Of a DNA stretch of 64,000 bases, positions 9,535 to 19,045 are shown in pieces. The notes beneath the pieces were generated by a model that did not search any database, was not told the DNA's origin, and saw only the letters and a list, made by a program, of their open reading frames with translations. Made by a program: the position numbers and the translations under genes. The stretch is from Porticoccaceae bacterium. Lineage in GTDB: Bacteria > Pseudomonadota > Gammaproteobacteria > Pseudomonadales > Porticoccaceae. The DNA lies in the NCBI GenBank assembly GCA_038138645.1, contig JAYQEC010000003.1:5081-69080 (forward strand), read 5' to 3'. Every line of letters begins with the position of its first letter. Positions within the stretch are counted from its first letter, which is position 1.

Positions 9535-10740
9535 ATGCGTCGACAATTTACGATGCCAAAGAAAATATCCGCTACTGTTCTTTTTACATGCCTTCTTTTT
9601 GGTCTTGTAAGCTGGTTACTGCTGTTTGCTCAAACTGATCAATTGGCCAAACAGGCAATTGATGACAAAGGTATTTCGACCCTTTCACAGCTACACGAGT
9701 CAATCCTAACACCCCTTCTGAGCAATGACACTATTAGTCAGCAAGTGTCCCTGCAAAGAGCAACGGATGATGAACGAATTGTCAGTGCTAGTCTAATGGA
9801 TATTGAAGGTGAATTAATTGCCCAAAGTACAAATCAACTAAGTAATATCACTGAAACCAAAATCTTTAATCAGGTTATTGAATTTCAGAACACTCAGGCT
9901 GGAATTATCTCAGTTGAGGTTAATAGTGCGCCTATTGCTGCTCAATATCATCGAGTATTTATTAATTGGTTATTTCTCTGGCTTGCCTTTACTGTCCTTT
10001 GTACCTATGGCTGCTATCGATTTGTCGATCAAGTTACTGCCAGAATTGAGCGTTTAAGTGATCGGCTACCAGGAAAAACCGAACCCCTTGCTGACGAGAT
10101 ATCTGCTCTAGAAACCAAAATACAACCCTTACTTTCTACCGCAGGGGATTCATCACTTGCGGCCAACAATCGGTACTTCTATTCTCTGGTGAGTGCCAAT
10201 ATAAAAAATCACCAAAGACTTTTAGCACAGCTAAATAGAGACAACTTGGATCAGCTCTTAGAAAAATTGGACTACTGCATACTACGTACACTTCAGCTTT
10301 ATGGTGGCGAACGAATTGAGGGTACTGAAGATAGCTTCTGTTTTGCTATCCGCTCAACTCACTGTTCCAAACAACACTTATTAGTAGTTTTGATGGCGGT
10401 ATACAGCCTTCAACAACTTATTGAGCAGCTCTCCAAAAAATCAGGTATTGATTTAGAAATTAACTGGATTATCAGTAATGATGATATTGGTACAACACCA
10501 CAATTTTGGTATGAGCAATCAATGATTTCTCTAAAAAAACAAAATACTGCTGTTGCCGCTAATATCCAAGAAGGACTTATTGTTTTAAATTGCTCTCAAT
10601 ATAGTATTGATGAACTATCCTCTATCGCTCGCTTTCAGAGCTATGATAAGAATCAGTTTATTTTAGAGGGCTTTTCAGAAAGTAGACTTCAGGTGTTGCG
10701 CCAGCAACTTGGTTATTTGATAGGCATTTGTTTAGATTAA
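9535..10740 (+). CDS. AhpA/YtjB-like two-TM membrane protein with C-terminal cytoplasmic domain
   Basis: Two TM helices flank a periplasmic domain (PLLSNDTISQQV); divergent from serB like ytjB/smp. Confidence 0.6.
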   Translation: MRRQFTMPKKISATVLFTCLLFGLVSWLLLFAQTDQLAKQAIDDKGISTLSQLHESILTPLLSNDTISQQVSLQRATDDERIVSASLMDIEGELIAQSTNQLSNITETKIFNQVIEFQNTQAGIISVEVNSAPIAAQYHRVFINWLFLWLAFTVLCTYGCYRFVDQVTARIERLSDRLPGKTEPLADEISALETKIQPLLSTAGDSSLAANNRYFYSLVSANIKNHQRLLAQLNRDNLDQLLEKLDYCILRTLQLYGGERIEGTEDSFCFAIRSTHCSKQHLLVVLMAVYSLQQLIEQLSKKSGIDLEINWIISNDDIGTTPQFWYEQSMISLKKQNTAVAANIQEGLIVLNCSQYSIDELSSIARFQSYDKNQFILEGFSESRLQVLRQQLGYLIGICLD

Positions 10741-11123
10741 TAATTTAAAACACCTAAATTTTTTGTAATCACTGTTATCCAGACCAGAAAAAATAACAGC
10801 ATAGAAAGACAGACCGCTGCTGATCCAATATCTTTGGCACGCCCAGAAAGCTTATTAAACTCAGTACCAATTCTATCTACAACAATCTCAATACTGGTAT
10901 TTAGGAGCTCTACAATTAACACCAAAAAAAGTGAGCATAAAAGCAGTAATAACTGTAAATAATTTTCGGCAATCATCAGTGCCAAAGGAATTAAGATCAA
11001 ACACAAAAGAGATTGGACTTTAAATGCCTCTTCATTAATAAAGGCATCTTTCAGGCCCTGCCAAGAGTTTTTGCCCGCAACAAAAGTTCGTCGATTTAAT
11101 ACCGCAACAACCTTTCGTAACAT
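10737..11123 (-). CDS. dgkA: Diacylglycerol kinase
   Basis: EEAFK, VELLNTSIEIVVDRIG, AKDIGSAAV. Confidence 0.93.
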   Translation of the reverse strand: MLRKVVAVLNRRTFVAGKNSWQGLKDAFINEEAFKVQSLLCLILIPLALMIAENYLQLLLLLCSLFLVLIVELLNTSIEIVVDRIGTEFNKLSGRAKDIGSAAVCLSMLLFFLVWITVITKNLGVLNY

Positions 11124-11136
11124 AATGCTAACGCCT

Positions 11137-11916
11137 CTACTCTATATATTGATCCATTTCTAATGCTGGATTTTCTTCAGTTGGTGCACCGACAATTTTG
11201 GCTGGCACTCCCGCAACGGTTACATGATCAGGCACAGATTCAAGAACTAGGCTTCCTGCACCGACCTTAACACCATCACCCACGGTGATATTGCCAAGAA
11301 CTTTGGCTCCAGCAGCAAGCAATACGCCATTACCAATTTTCGGATGACGATCGCCCTGCTGACAACCACTACCACCTAAGGTCACTGAGTGTAGAATAGA
11401 GACATCATCACCCACAACCGCAGTTTCGCCAATCACCAATCCAGTAGCATGGTCAATCATAATGCCACTACCCAGCGTGGCCGCTGGATGAATATCCACA
11501 GTAAAACGCTCGGAAATACTATTTTGAAAAAATAAAGCCAAAGCAAATCTTTTGTTTTGCCACAGCCAATGGGCAACTCTGTACAACTGCAATGCCTGAA
11601 ATCCTTTGAAGTACACTAGCGGCATTAAATAGTGCTGACAGGCAGCATCGCGCTCATAGGCAGCTTCAATATCACGTCTAATTGACCGCCCAATAGTTAA
11701 ATCAGTATTCAAGGCTTCGGTAATTACTGACTGTGCCTCATGGGTACTCAAAGCTGAATCAACAAAACTTTGCGCAAGAATTTGACTGACCGCAGACTCT
11801 AGATTTTTGTGCTGCAATATTGCAGTATCAAAATAATCCGCCAGTAATGGCTCATTTGAAGCTAGCTGTTTTGCTTCAGCGATCATATGATCCCAAATTG
11901 GGTCATTAGATTTCAT
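11137..11916 (-). CDS. cysE: Serine O-acetyltransferase (paralog 2)
   Basis: EPLLADY, RDAAC, YFKGFQALQ, DIHPAA, IDHATG, GDRHPKIG. Confidence 0.93.
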   Translation of the reverse strand: MKSNDPIWDHMIAEAKQLASNEPLLADYFDTAILQHKNLESAVSQILAQSFVDSALSTHEAQSVITEALNTDLTIGRSIRRDIEAAYERDAACQHYLMPLVYFKGFQALQLYRVAHWLWQNKRFALALFFQNSISERFTVDIHPAATLGSGIMIDHATGLVIGETAVVGDDVSILHSVTLGGSGCQQGDRHPKIGNGVLLAAGAKVLGNITVGDGVKVGAGSLVLESVPDHVTVAGVPAKIVGAPTEENPALEMDQYIE

Positions 11917-11943
11917 AACAGTATATTTTCCATAATCAGGCGT

Positions 11944-12630
11944 CTATTCCACAAGGATATAACGATTATAAATTTCATCCAAATGTTCCATCACCGTATC
12001 CATCAAAATTAGTTCAGACTGTTGCAACTTGTCGGCAACCACATCGGTCGTCAGTATGTCTAAATATTGATCGGCCAAAGGCCTATAACTTAAATGCCAA
12101 CGCTCCGGAGCAATACCACCTGTATCAAATTCGTAAGGACGATAAAATCCTGTACTCCCCGACTGTATATACTGGTCAAGCCAATTATGCATTGGAGCAA
12201 AAAGACCATCACCCTGAACCTCCTCAGGAATTAATTTTATTTGATAGCCCTCCGGCATTGCACTTGCATCATAAATATCAAAGTCTGTACCCCAATGGTG
12301 TCTGGATGCACCTGGCAGGGCCGACCATCGCAAAATTGCCTGAGTTTTTTGCCAAGAATCTAACGATGCCATATCTAATGGCTGCCCCGAATTATCCATA
12401 ACCGCTCTGGCACCCGAGGCCTTAGCATTCCATATAGAAAGTTGGCGCTCGAAAGATCTAAAGGCACTGCAAACTCTTAAATCAAAGCCCGCTTCACTCG
12501 CGGCCTGCTGTAAATCAGACAGCGGCTTCACTACCTGTCTGTGAATATACTGTTCAACATCGTGACCAGCGGCCTGCTCAAGGGCCACCAGATGATTGCT
12601 GGTTGAACCAGTCACAATATCAACAGTCAT
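11944..12630 (-). CDS. M15 family D-Ala-D-Ala carboxypeptidase (VanY/LdcB-like)
   Basis: SAFRSFERQ, GASRHHWGTDFD, ERWHL zinc motifs. Confidence 0.88.
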   Translation of the reverse strand: MTVDIVTGSTSNHLVALEQAAGHDVEQYIHRQVVKPLSDLQQAASEAGFDLRVCSAFRSFERQLSIWNAKASGARAVMDNSGQPLDMASLDSWQKTQAILRWSALPGASRHHWGTDFDIYDASAMPEGYQIKLIPEEVQGDGLFAPMHNWLDQYIQSGSTGFYRPYEFDTGGIAPERWHLSYRPLADQYLDILTTDVVADKLQQSELILMDTVMEHLDEIYNRYILVE

Positions 12631-12798
12631 AAATAATTAATCTCGTTATGATCGAAAAACTTCAACTTACCTTATATCTTTATAAGGGGCAATAAATGAA
12701 CACTTTGGCTTTTGAAAATGGCGACCATACATTGACTTTTATATGTTTAACTTCAATATGGAGACCATTAGAGTAATACTTTATGGGAAAACCTAACT

Positions 12799-13212
12799 AT
12801 GGCAGCTAGCACATGCCTTGAAAATGAAATACCACTCTGCTCTCTGAATGATATTGAAGAGGGTCACTCCATTGAAATGGTTATTCAAGAGAGGCCACTT
12901 TTCGCTGTAAGAAAGGCCAACGCTATTTATGCTTATTGGAATATATGTCCACATAGGGGTAGCCCTCTTAATTGGTCTCCCAATCAATTTTTAACCTTTG
13001 ATCATCAGGCCATACAATGTGCTTTCCACGGTGCATTATTTGAAATTGATTCAGGGCTTTGCATTTTGGGACCTTGCAGTGGCGACCATTTACAACCTGT
13101 AGACCTACAACAGAACGGACAAGATTATGTTATCAGCGCGGGTCAGGAACTTCCGCCTGCCCCAGTCAATCTGCGCGCACAGGCACTGGCAGATCTTGAA
13201 GACAAGGAATAG
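12799..13212 (+). CDS. Rieske (2Fe-2S) ferredoxin
   Basis: CPH...CAFHGA motifs. Confidence 0.88.
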   Translation: MAASTCLENEIPLCSLNDIEEGHSIEMVIQERPLFAVRKANAIYAYWNICPHRGSPLNWSPNQFLTFDHQAIQCAFHGALFEIDSGLCILGPCSGDHLQPVDLQQNGQDYVISAGQELPPAPVNLRAQALADLEDKE

Positions 13213-13900
13213 CTTGATTTAATACGATTTCTTGCGGACTTAATTTAGCGCCCCATGCCATAACTTCAACACCCGCACTAATTGCCTCTGTTAAAGTTTT
13301 TGCATAGGCCGAATCAATATCACTGGCCACTTCCATTTTGATGGCATTATTGACCTGAACGCAGAAAAAAAGAACTGCTCTATGACCTTGGTCTACCACA
13401 TCAATTAGCTCTCGAAGATGCTTTGCTCCTCGACTGGTGATCGCATCAGGAAACAACACCAACCCATCAGGACCCTCGAGGGTGACATTTTTCACCTCGA
13501 TATAACAATGACCTTTATTAGGATCCTCTAGAAGGATATCAATACGACTATTTTCATTGCCGTATTTCACCTCACTGCGAAGGTCTTTGTATCCAGCCAA
13601 GCTTGGAATCTTGTTATCCAAAATTGCCTCTTTAACCAAATGATTAGCTCTATGTGTATTTATACCGGCCAAACTACCATATTCAGTGGTCACTAGTTCT
13701 AGTGTTCCCGATAACTTTCTTTTTGGGTTGGTTGATAGCGAATAAAAACAGGGGGACTCTGCCACTAAACAATTTTTCATGGAACCTGTATTGGGACAGT
13801 GGACCGTTAACGCTTGTCCTTGATCGGTAAGTACATCACTAAAAAAGCGTTTATATCTTTTAATAAAACGCGCCGAGTATAAATTGGGATCAAGCTTCAT
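13166..13900 (-). CDS. sfsA: DNA/RNA nuclease SfsA
   Basis: RYKRF, HCPNTGSM, SRIDILL, YIEVKNVTL, FPDAITSRGAKHL. Confidence 0.95.
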   Translation of the reverse strand: MKLDPNLYSARFIKRYKRFFSDVLTDQGQALTVHCPNTGSMKNCLVAESPCFYSLSTNPKRKLSGTLELVTTEYGSLAGINTHRANHLVKEAILDNKIPSLAGYKDLRSEVKYGNENSRIDILLEDPNKGHCYIEVKNVTLEGPDGLVLFPDAITSRGAKHLRELIDVVDQGHRAVLFFCVQVNNAIKMEVASDIDSAYAKTLTEAISAGVEVMAWGAKLSPQEIVLNQAIPCLQDLPVPVRAD

Positions 13901-14028
13901 GAATTTTCACCTGTAGACCATTAGTAATTTGAAAAAAATTCACTAATAAATTTGTGCTATTCTTTATAAAACATCTTAATTCATATGAGCTTCAACACCA
14001 AAACTTAGTAAAAAGCGACAAATTTCTC

Positions 14029-14057
14029 TTGATATATTCTCATAAAGTCTCTATAAA
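14029..14057 (+). promoter_or_regulatory. Putative sigma70 promoter of dksA
   Basis: TTGATA-N17-TATAAA. Confidence 0.45.
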
Positions 14058-14103
14058 CCCGTGTTTTACTTTTTTGAGCTTATTTCAAATTCGGACTTAA
14101 AGC

Positions 14104-14586
14104 ATGGCAACAGCAACGAAAAAAACAGCGGCAAACCCTTCGATAAAGACCCCTAAGGGTTCTGGATCAGCGACGCTACATGGTATAGCGCCTTATCAGC
14201 CAAAGGCTAATGAGGAGTATATGAATGATCTGCAGCGCGCTCATTTCAAATTAATTTTGAATGCTTGGCGCAAAGAGCTTATGGAAGAAGTTGACCGCAC
14301 TGTTAATCATATGAAAGATGAGGCGGCAAACTTTCCTGATCCTGCTGATCGTGCCACTCAAGAAGAAGAATTTAGTCTTGAATTACGCACTAGAGATCGA
14401 GAGCGTAAGCTTATTAAGAAAATTGATAAAACGCTTGTTCGTGTTGAAGAAGACGATTACGGGTTCTGTGATCAATGTGGTGTAGAAATCGGTATTCGCA
14501 GATTAGAAGCGAGACCTACAGCCGACCTTTGTATCGACTGCAAAACACTTGATGAAATCAAGGAAAAGCAAATAACTGGCGGCTAA
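14104..14586 (+). CDS. dksA: RNA polymerase-binding protein DksA
   Basis: [13 protein letters not shown] coiled-coil tip; CDQC/CIDC zinc finger. Confidence 0.98.
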   Translation: MATATKKTAANPSIKTPKGSGSATLHGIAPYQPKANEEYMNDLQRAHFKLILNAWRKELMEEVDRTVNHMKDEAANFPDPADRATQEEEFSLELRTRDRERKLIKKIDKTLVRVEEDDYGFCDQCGVEIGIRRLEARPTADLCIDCKTLDEIKEKQITGG

Positions 14587-14629
14587 ATTGCCGACAGCTC
14601 TATTGCTTCGCTATAACAGCAATCTTTAG

Positions 14630-15544
14630 ATGCTTAATTCCTACATCGGTCGTTTTGCTCCCTCTCCCACAGGTCCCCTTCACTTTGGCTCACTTCTAGC
14701 GGCTGTTGCTAGCTACCTACAAGCCAAAAATAATCAAGGAAAGTGGCTTGTAAGAATTGAAGATATTGATCCGCCACGAGAAGTTAAAGGTTCCGCCAGT
14801 GGCATTCTTAAGCAACTCGAGCAGCATGGTTTAGTTTGGGATGATTCGGTTGTCTATCAAAGTGATCAGATCGATCAGTATCATGATATTTTGCAGAAAC
14901 TAAGAAACCAAAATCTTGTCTATAACTGCACCTGTACCCGACAGCGAATTTCAGAGTTAAACGGCATATATGACGGGCTCTGCAGTCAAAAAAATCATCC
15001 TTTAATCGATGCATCCTCACGGTTTTCAATTAATAGAGCTGTGCATGCCATTGGCCGCAATAACGACAAACTTGCCTTTACCGACAGTATTATGGGCGAA
15101 TTCAGTCAATCACTAAACAACGATGTAGGTGATTTTGTTGTGTTAAGGCGTGACGGCTTAATTTCATACCAATTAGCCGTAGTTATTGATGATTTTTATC
15201 AAGGTATTACTGAAATTGTGCGTGGATATGATCTTATAGATTCAACTCCAAGACAGATTTTATTACAAAAATGTCTTGGTTACCCAACGCCCAGTTACGC
15301 GCATATACCTCTTGCTATTAATGCGCTGGGACAAAAGCTTAGTAAACAACATTTTGCAAAAGCACTCACTGTTGGCAATGAATCGGAACAGCTATGGTTA
15401 GCATTAGACTGGCTCCAACAAAACCCGCCTAAAGAGCTCCGCCAATCATCAATAGAGGAAATTTTATCTTGGGCGACCGCGCATTGGGCTCTCTCATCTA
15501 TTCCTAAACTTGAAACAGGTGTTGCTGCACCCAAAAATCTCTAG
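14630..15544 (+). CDS. gluQ: tRNA glutamyl-Q(34) synthetase
   Basis: GRFAPSPTGPLHFGS, KLSKQ, no anticodon domain; follows dksA. Confidence 0.95.
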   Translation: MLNSYIGRFAPSPTGPLHFGSLLAAVASYLQAKNNQGKWLVRIEDIDPPREVKGSASGILKQLEQHGLVWDDSVVYQSDQIDQYHDILQKLRNQNLVYNCTCTRQRISELNGIYDGLCSQKNHPLIDASSRFSINRAVHAIGRNNDKLAFTDSIMGEFSQSLNNDVGDFVVLRRDGLISYQLAVVIDDFYQGITEIVRGYDLIDSTPRQILLQKCLGYPTPSYAHIPLAINALGQKLSKQHFAKALTVGNESEQLWLALDWLQQNPPKELRQSSIEEILSWATAHWALSSIPKLETGVAAPKNL

Positions 15545-15587
15545 GTTTCCCTCTCGCAATAGAATTTATTTGGGTTATGCTTAGCGG

Positions 15588-16790
15588 ATGGCATTAACAA
15601 CAAAAATATTAATCATCTCTGACCAGCTTACTAATGAGAAAGCATTATTCAGTGTACTAGAGACACTTGGACTAGATATTACGCAGGTTAATTCTAGTAA
15701 ACAGGCATTTGAAGCCATCAATACCACCACTTTTGACGCTGTTCTTTGTGATATTGATTTGCCCAAGATAAATGCATCCCAGCTGATAAATTGCTGCCCC
15801 ATGCAATCTGTGGTGTTCCACGCTATTAATCCTGATATTAGGCAAGCCATTGAGCTTGTTCAAAATGGGGCAGCAGATTATTTAGCGCAACCATTGGATC
15901 TGGATTTGCTAACACAAGTTATTAGCAAAATTTTACAGACTAAAAATAACACTTCGATAGTAGGCAACTGCCCTCAAATTGTAAAAATCGCCTCCAAAAT
16001 AAAACAAATTTCAAAACGTGTAACACCAGTTTTAATTATTGGAGAGGCTGGCTCAGGAATGCGTAAAATTGCCAAGGAAATACATCAAACAAGCTCATTT
16101 TTTAGCTACCCGCTTATCATGATAGACTGCGCCTCGGTAACCAAGCAGCAACTTAGCAGAGAGCTTGATGCTGATAACCAAAAAACGCTCTACTATCACA
16201 ATATATGTGAATTAGAAGCGTCACTTCAAAAAATGGTTGTCAAAAGTCTAAACAATAAAAAAATACGCACAATTGCCTCTACGGAAAAAGATTTAACTGC
16301 CGCTTCAGCCTTGAACCGCTTTCGCGAGGATCTTTTATTTAAAATTAGCAGCATTACTATCAATATCCCTCCCCTAAGGGAACGAAGATCAGATATTTCA
16401 TTACTGGCAAATCATTTTTTAAAACAATACGCGAAGAATATAAATCGTGATATCAGTCTAACCAGAAAAGCCCTAAAAGCATTAACTGACTTTAACTGGC
16501 CTGGCAATGTAAATCAGCTTAAAGAGTCAATCCAACAGGCCCTGATCTTTACTAATTCAGAGGGCATTATTGATGCAACTTCATTGAGTTTTCCGGAACA
16601 TAGTAAAATTCGAAATTCAAACATTGATCAGCAAAAAATCACTCCAGATTTATCCTTGGAAGATTACTTTATTCACTTTATAAATCAAAATCAGCAGCAT
16701 ATGTCAGAAACTGCACTGGCAAAAAAATTGGGCATCAGTCGCAAATCATTGTGGCAACGCAGGAACAAACTAAAGCTTCCAAGAGCATAA
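15588..16790 (+). CDS. cbrB: CbrB-like response regulator with degenerate sigma54-activator domain
   Basis: C-terminus DLSLEDYF...MSETALAKKLGISRKSLWQRR matches the CbrB HTH; lies between gluQ and pcnB. Walker A is GEAGSGMR, GAFTGA is absent, Walker B is YYHNICE. Confidence 0.75.
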   Translation: MALTTKILIISDQLTNEKALFSVLETLGLDITQVNSSKQAFEAINTTTFDAVLCDIDLPKINASQLINCCPMQSVVFHAINPDIRQAIELVQNGAADYLAQPLDLDLLTQVISKILQTKNNTSIVGNCPQIVKIASKIKQISKRVTPVLIIGEAGSGMRKIAKEIHQTSSFFSYPLIMIDCASVTKQQLSRELDADNQKTLYYHNICELEASLQKMVVKSLNNKKIRTIASTEKDLTAASALNRFREDLLFKISSITINIPPLRERRSDISLLANHFLKQYAKNINRDISLTRKALKALTDFNWPGNVNQLKESIQQALIFTNSEGIIDATSLSFPEHSKIRNSNIDQQKITPDLSLEDYFIHFINQNQQHMSETALAKKLGISRKSLWQRRNKLKLPRA

Positions 16791-16827
16791 CAATAAACTC
16801 AAAAAAAAGTGCTTTTATCGCAATAAT

Positions 16828-16900
16828 TGTTACTTTTGGTAACATTTTGCGTTGATTTACCCTATTTTTGCGTTAATTGACATTTTTCTTGGTTGTTACC
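16828..16900 (+). promoter_or_regulatory. CbrB-type binding sites (TGTTAC-N5-GTAACA palindrome plus a TGTTACC half-site)
   Basis: TGTTAC 16828-33, GTAACA 16839-44, TGTTACC 16894-16900; TTGACA at 16877-82. Confidence 0.6.
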
Positions 16901-16927
16901 ACAAACTTATTTTGGTTAGATAGATAC

Positions 16928-17054
16928 CAGTTGAGGGCGACTTCAACAAATAATAATAAAAATAAATAACAATAAAAACCGGATGGATTGCAAAGCGTTC
17001 AAGAGCTAAGCTCAAGAACAATTGAGGGGGGCTGCCGAGAGGCAACCCTTTTTT
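16928..17054 (+). ncRNA. Putative compact CrcZ-like (Hfq/Crc-titrating) small RNA
   Basis: Occupies the cbrB-pcnB gap like crcZ. 5' hairpin GTTGAGG-GCGA-CTTCAAC, then the A-rich tract AAATAATAATAAAAATAAATAACAATAAAAA, then a terminator. The 5' end is approximate. Confidence 0.6.
17027..17054 (+). terminator. Intrinsic terminator upstream of pcnB
   Basis: GGGGGCTGCC-GAGA-GGCAACCCTT followed by a U-tract. Confidence 0.75.
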
Positions 17055-17169
17055 ATTTTCAGCTCCAAAAAACCTTTCTTTTAATAGTAATTTTTTTCTT
17101 TGATAATAATTCTAACAGTGCAGGTTTTGCTCTGTTAAACTATTCGCTTTCTACACAACGGCCATTACT

Positions 17170-18504
17170 TTGCTTAAACGTCTGACCCATTTATTTAATC
17201 GATCATCCTCGCAAAAAGCGGCAGATACCCAGTGCGTGATGACTTCAAATGAACATAGCCTCAACCCCTCCGATATATGCAAAAATGCTCGTGAGATTGT
17301 TCGTGTACTGCAAAACAAAAATTTTGAAGCCTATGTTGTTGGCGGTTGCGTTCGCGACCTGCTTCTTGGCTTAAAACCAAAAGATTTTGATATTGCGACT
17401 AATGCAACACCTCAGCAAGTAAAAAGGCTTTTTCGACGTTCAAGAATTATTGGTCGACGCTTTCAAATTGTGCATGTTCAATTTGGTAGAGATATTATCG
17501 AAGTCACCACATTTAGATCCAATGACACAGAACAAACCCATCTAGTCCAACAGACTGAAAGCGGCTTACTCACCAGAGATAATAAATTTGGCTCGCTGGT
17601 AGATGATGCTACAAGGCGCGATTTGACCATTAATGCGCTTTATTATGATACTGAAAAAAACTGTCTTCATGATTACTGCGATGGCTTAGACGATCTTGAA
17701 TCACGGACTATTCGAGTTATCGGCACAGCATCAACAAGGTACAGTGAAGATCCAGTCAGGATGCTACGAGTGGCTAGATTTGCCGGCAAGCTAGGTTTTG
17801 ATATTGATCCTAAAAGCTCAAAGCCATTGTTAAAATTAGGCAACAAACTCAGACATGTTTCATCGCCAAGAATGTTTGATGAAACCCTTAAATTATTTAT
17901 GAGTGGTTATGGCTTAGAGGTTTTCAATCTACTGCTAGAATATAAGCTGTTTGCACACCTATTACCTCAAACAAATCGGCTGATAGAACAGGGCCACCCA
18001 ACTGCTTTAGCAATGGTCAAGCAAGCACTGACAAACACAGATCTTCGAATACAAAATAAGCAGCGCGTCACACCAGCATTTATTTATGCAGCAATGCTTT
18101 GGCCAGTAGTCCAAAAAACAGCACAAGAATTTCAAAATCTTGGACAGCCAGCGGCAGTTGCAATTAATCAGGCAGCAAACGAAGTCATTAGCAATCAAAT
18201 TCCTATTACAGCAATTCCTAAACGCTTTACGCTGGCAATGCGAGAAATTTGGGCGATGCAGCTCACTCTTACCAAACGCGGTGGCAACCGGGCTAAAAGA
18301 CTTATGGAACAGCCACGATTCCGCGCTGCCTATGATTTCGTTCTTCTTCGCGAACAAACTGGAGAGCAACTTGATGGTCTTGGCGACTGGTGGACAAAGT
18401 ATCAAGATGTCGACGAGGAAACACGCCAGGAGATGGTGCAAAAATTAAATTCTGGCCATTCAAAAAGACGAAGACCCAGACGACGACCTAGGCAATCAGA
18501 CTGA
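17170..18504 (+). CDS. pcnB: Poly(A) polymerase I
   Basis: VGGCVRDLLL, PKDFDIAT, IIGRRF, RRDLTINAL, EDPVRMLR, Arg-rich tail; TTG start. Confidence 0.96.
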   Translation: MLKRLTHLFNRSSSQKAADTQCVMTSNEHSLNPSDICKNAREIVRVLQNKNFEAYVVGGCVRDLLLGLKPKDFDIATNATPQQVKRLFRRSRIIGRRFQIVHVQFGRDIIEVTTFRSNDTEQTHLVQQTESGLLTRDNKFGSLVDDATRRDLTINALYYDTEKNCLHDYCDGLDDLESRTIRVIGTASTRYSEDPVRMLRVARFAGKLGFDIDPKSSKPLLKLGNKLRHVSSPRMFDETLKLFMSGYGLEVFNLLLEYKLFAHLLPQTNRLIEQGHPTALAMVKQALTNTDLRIQNKQRVTPAFIYAAMLWPVVQKTAQEFQNLGQPAAVAINQAANEVISNQIPITAIPKRFTLAMREIWAMQLTLTKRGGNRAKRLMEQPRFRAAYDFVLLREQTGEQLDGLGDWWTKYQDVDEETRQEMVQKLNSGHSKRRRPRRRPRQSD

Positions 18505-19010
18505 TGCATATGGCATTTATTGGCCTTGGGAGTAACCTTGGAAAAGAGCGCAATGGCACGTTTGAAAGCCCTAAGGAACAACTATTAATTGCCATACGCA
18601 GCATCGATCAGCACGCAAATATTCACCTAAAGCAGGCCTCAAACTTCTATCAAACAAAAGCTATAGGCCCCGGCGAACAACCCGACTATATCAACGCTGC
18701 CATTCAGGTCGAAACAGATCTTAGTGCCAGTGAATTATTATTGGCGTTACAAACTATTGAAAACCAACAAGGACGCATACGAAAAGAACGCTGGGGAGCC
18801 CGAACACTGGATTTAGATATTTTGATGTATGATCAACAAATCGAAAACACCGAACGGCTAACACTTCCCCACCCCCGTCTCCATGAACGAGCTTTCGTGT
18901 TAGCGCCACTTAACGACTTAGATGCTAATTTAGTTATTCCTAAAAAGGGAAGTATTGCTAATCTATTGGCAAACTGTTCAATGCAAGGTATTGTTAAGAT
19001 AACTGACTAG
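18504..19010 (+). CDS. folK: 6-hydroxymethyl-7,8-dihydropterin pyrophosphokinase
   Basis: IGLGSNLG, RWGARTLDLDIL, LPHPRLHERAFVL. Confidence 0.96.
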   Translation: MHMAFIGLGSNLGKERNGTFESPKEQLLIAIRSIDQHANIHLKQASNFYQTKAIGPGEQPDYINAAIQVETDLSASELLLALQTIENQQGRIRKERWGARTLDLDILMYDQQIENTERLTLPHPRLHERAFVLAPLNDLDANLVIPKKGSIANLLANCSMQGIVKITD

Positions 19011-19045
19011 CTATTTTCTATGCCTAATCACTGGAGAATTATTGA

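Noticed and set aside
16948-16980. A-rich tract as a simple microsatellite
   Set aside because: It is imperfect and flanked by hairpins in the crcZ position, so it is better explained as an Hfq-binding tract.
16988-17185. 65-aa ORF upstream of pcnB
   Set aside because: It runs through a terminator and T-rich spacer, and has no recognisable protein features.
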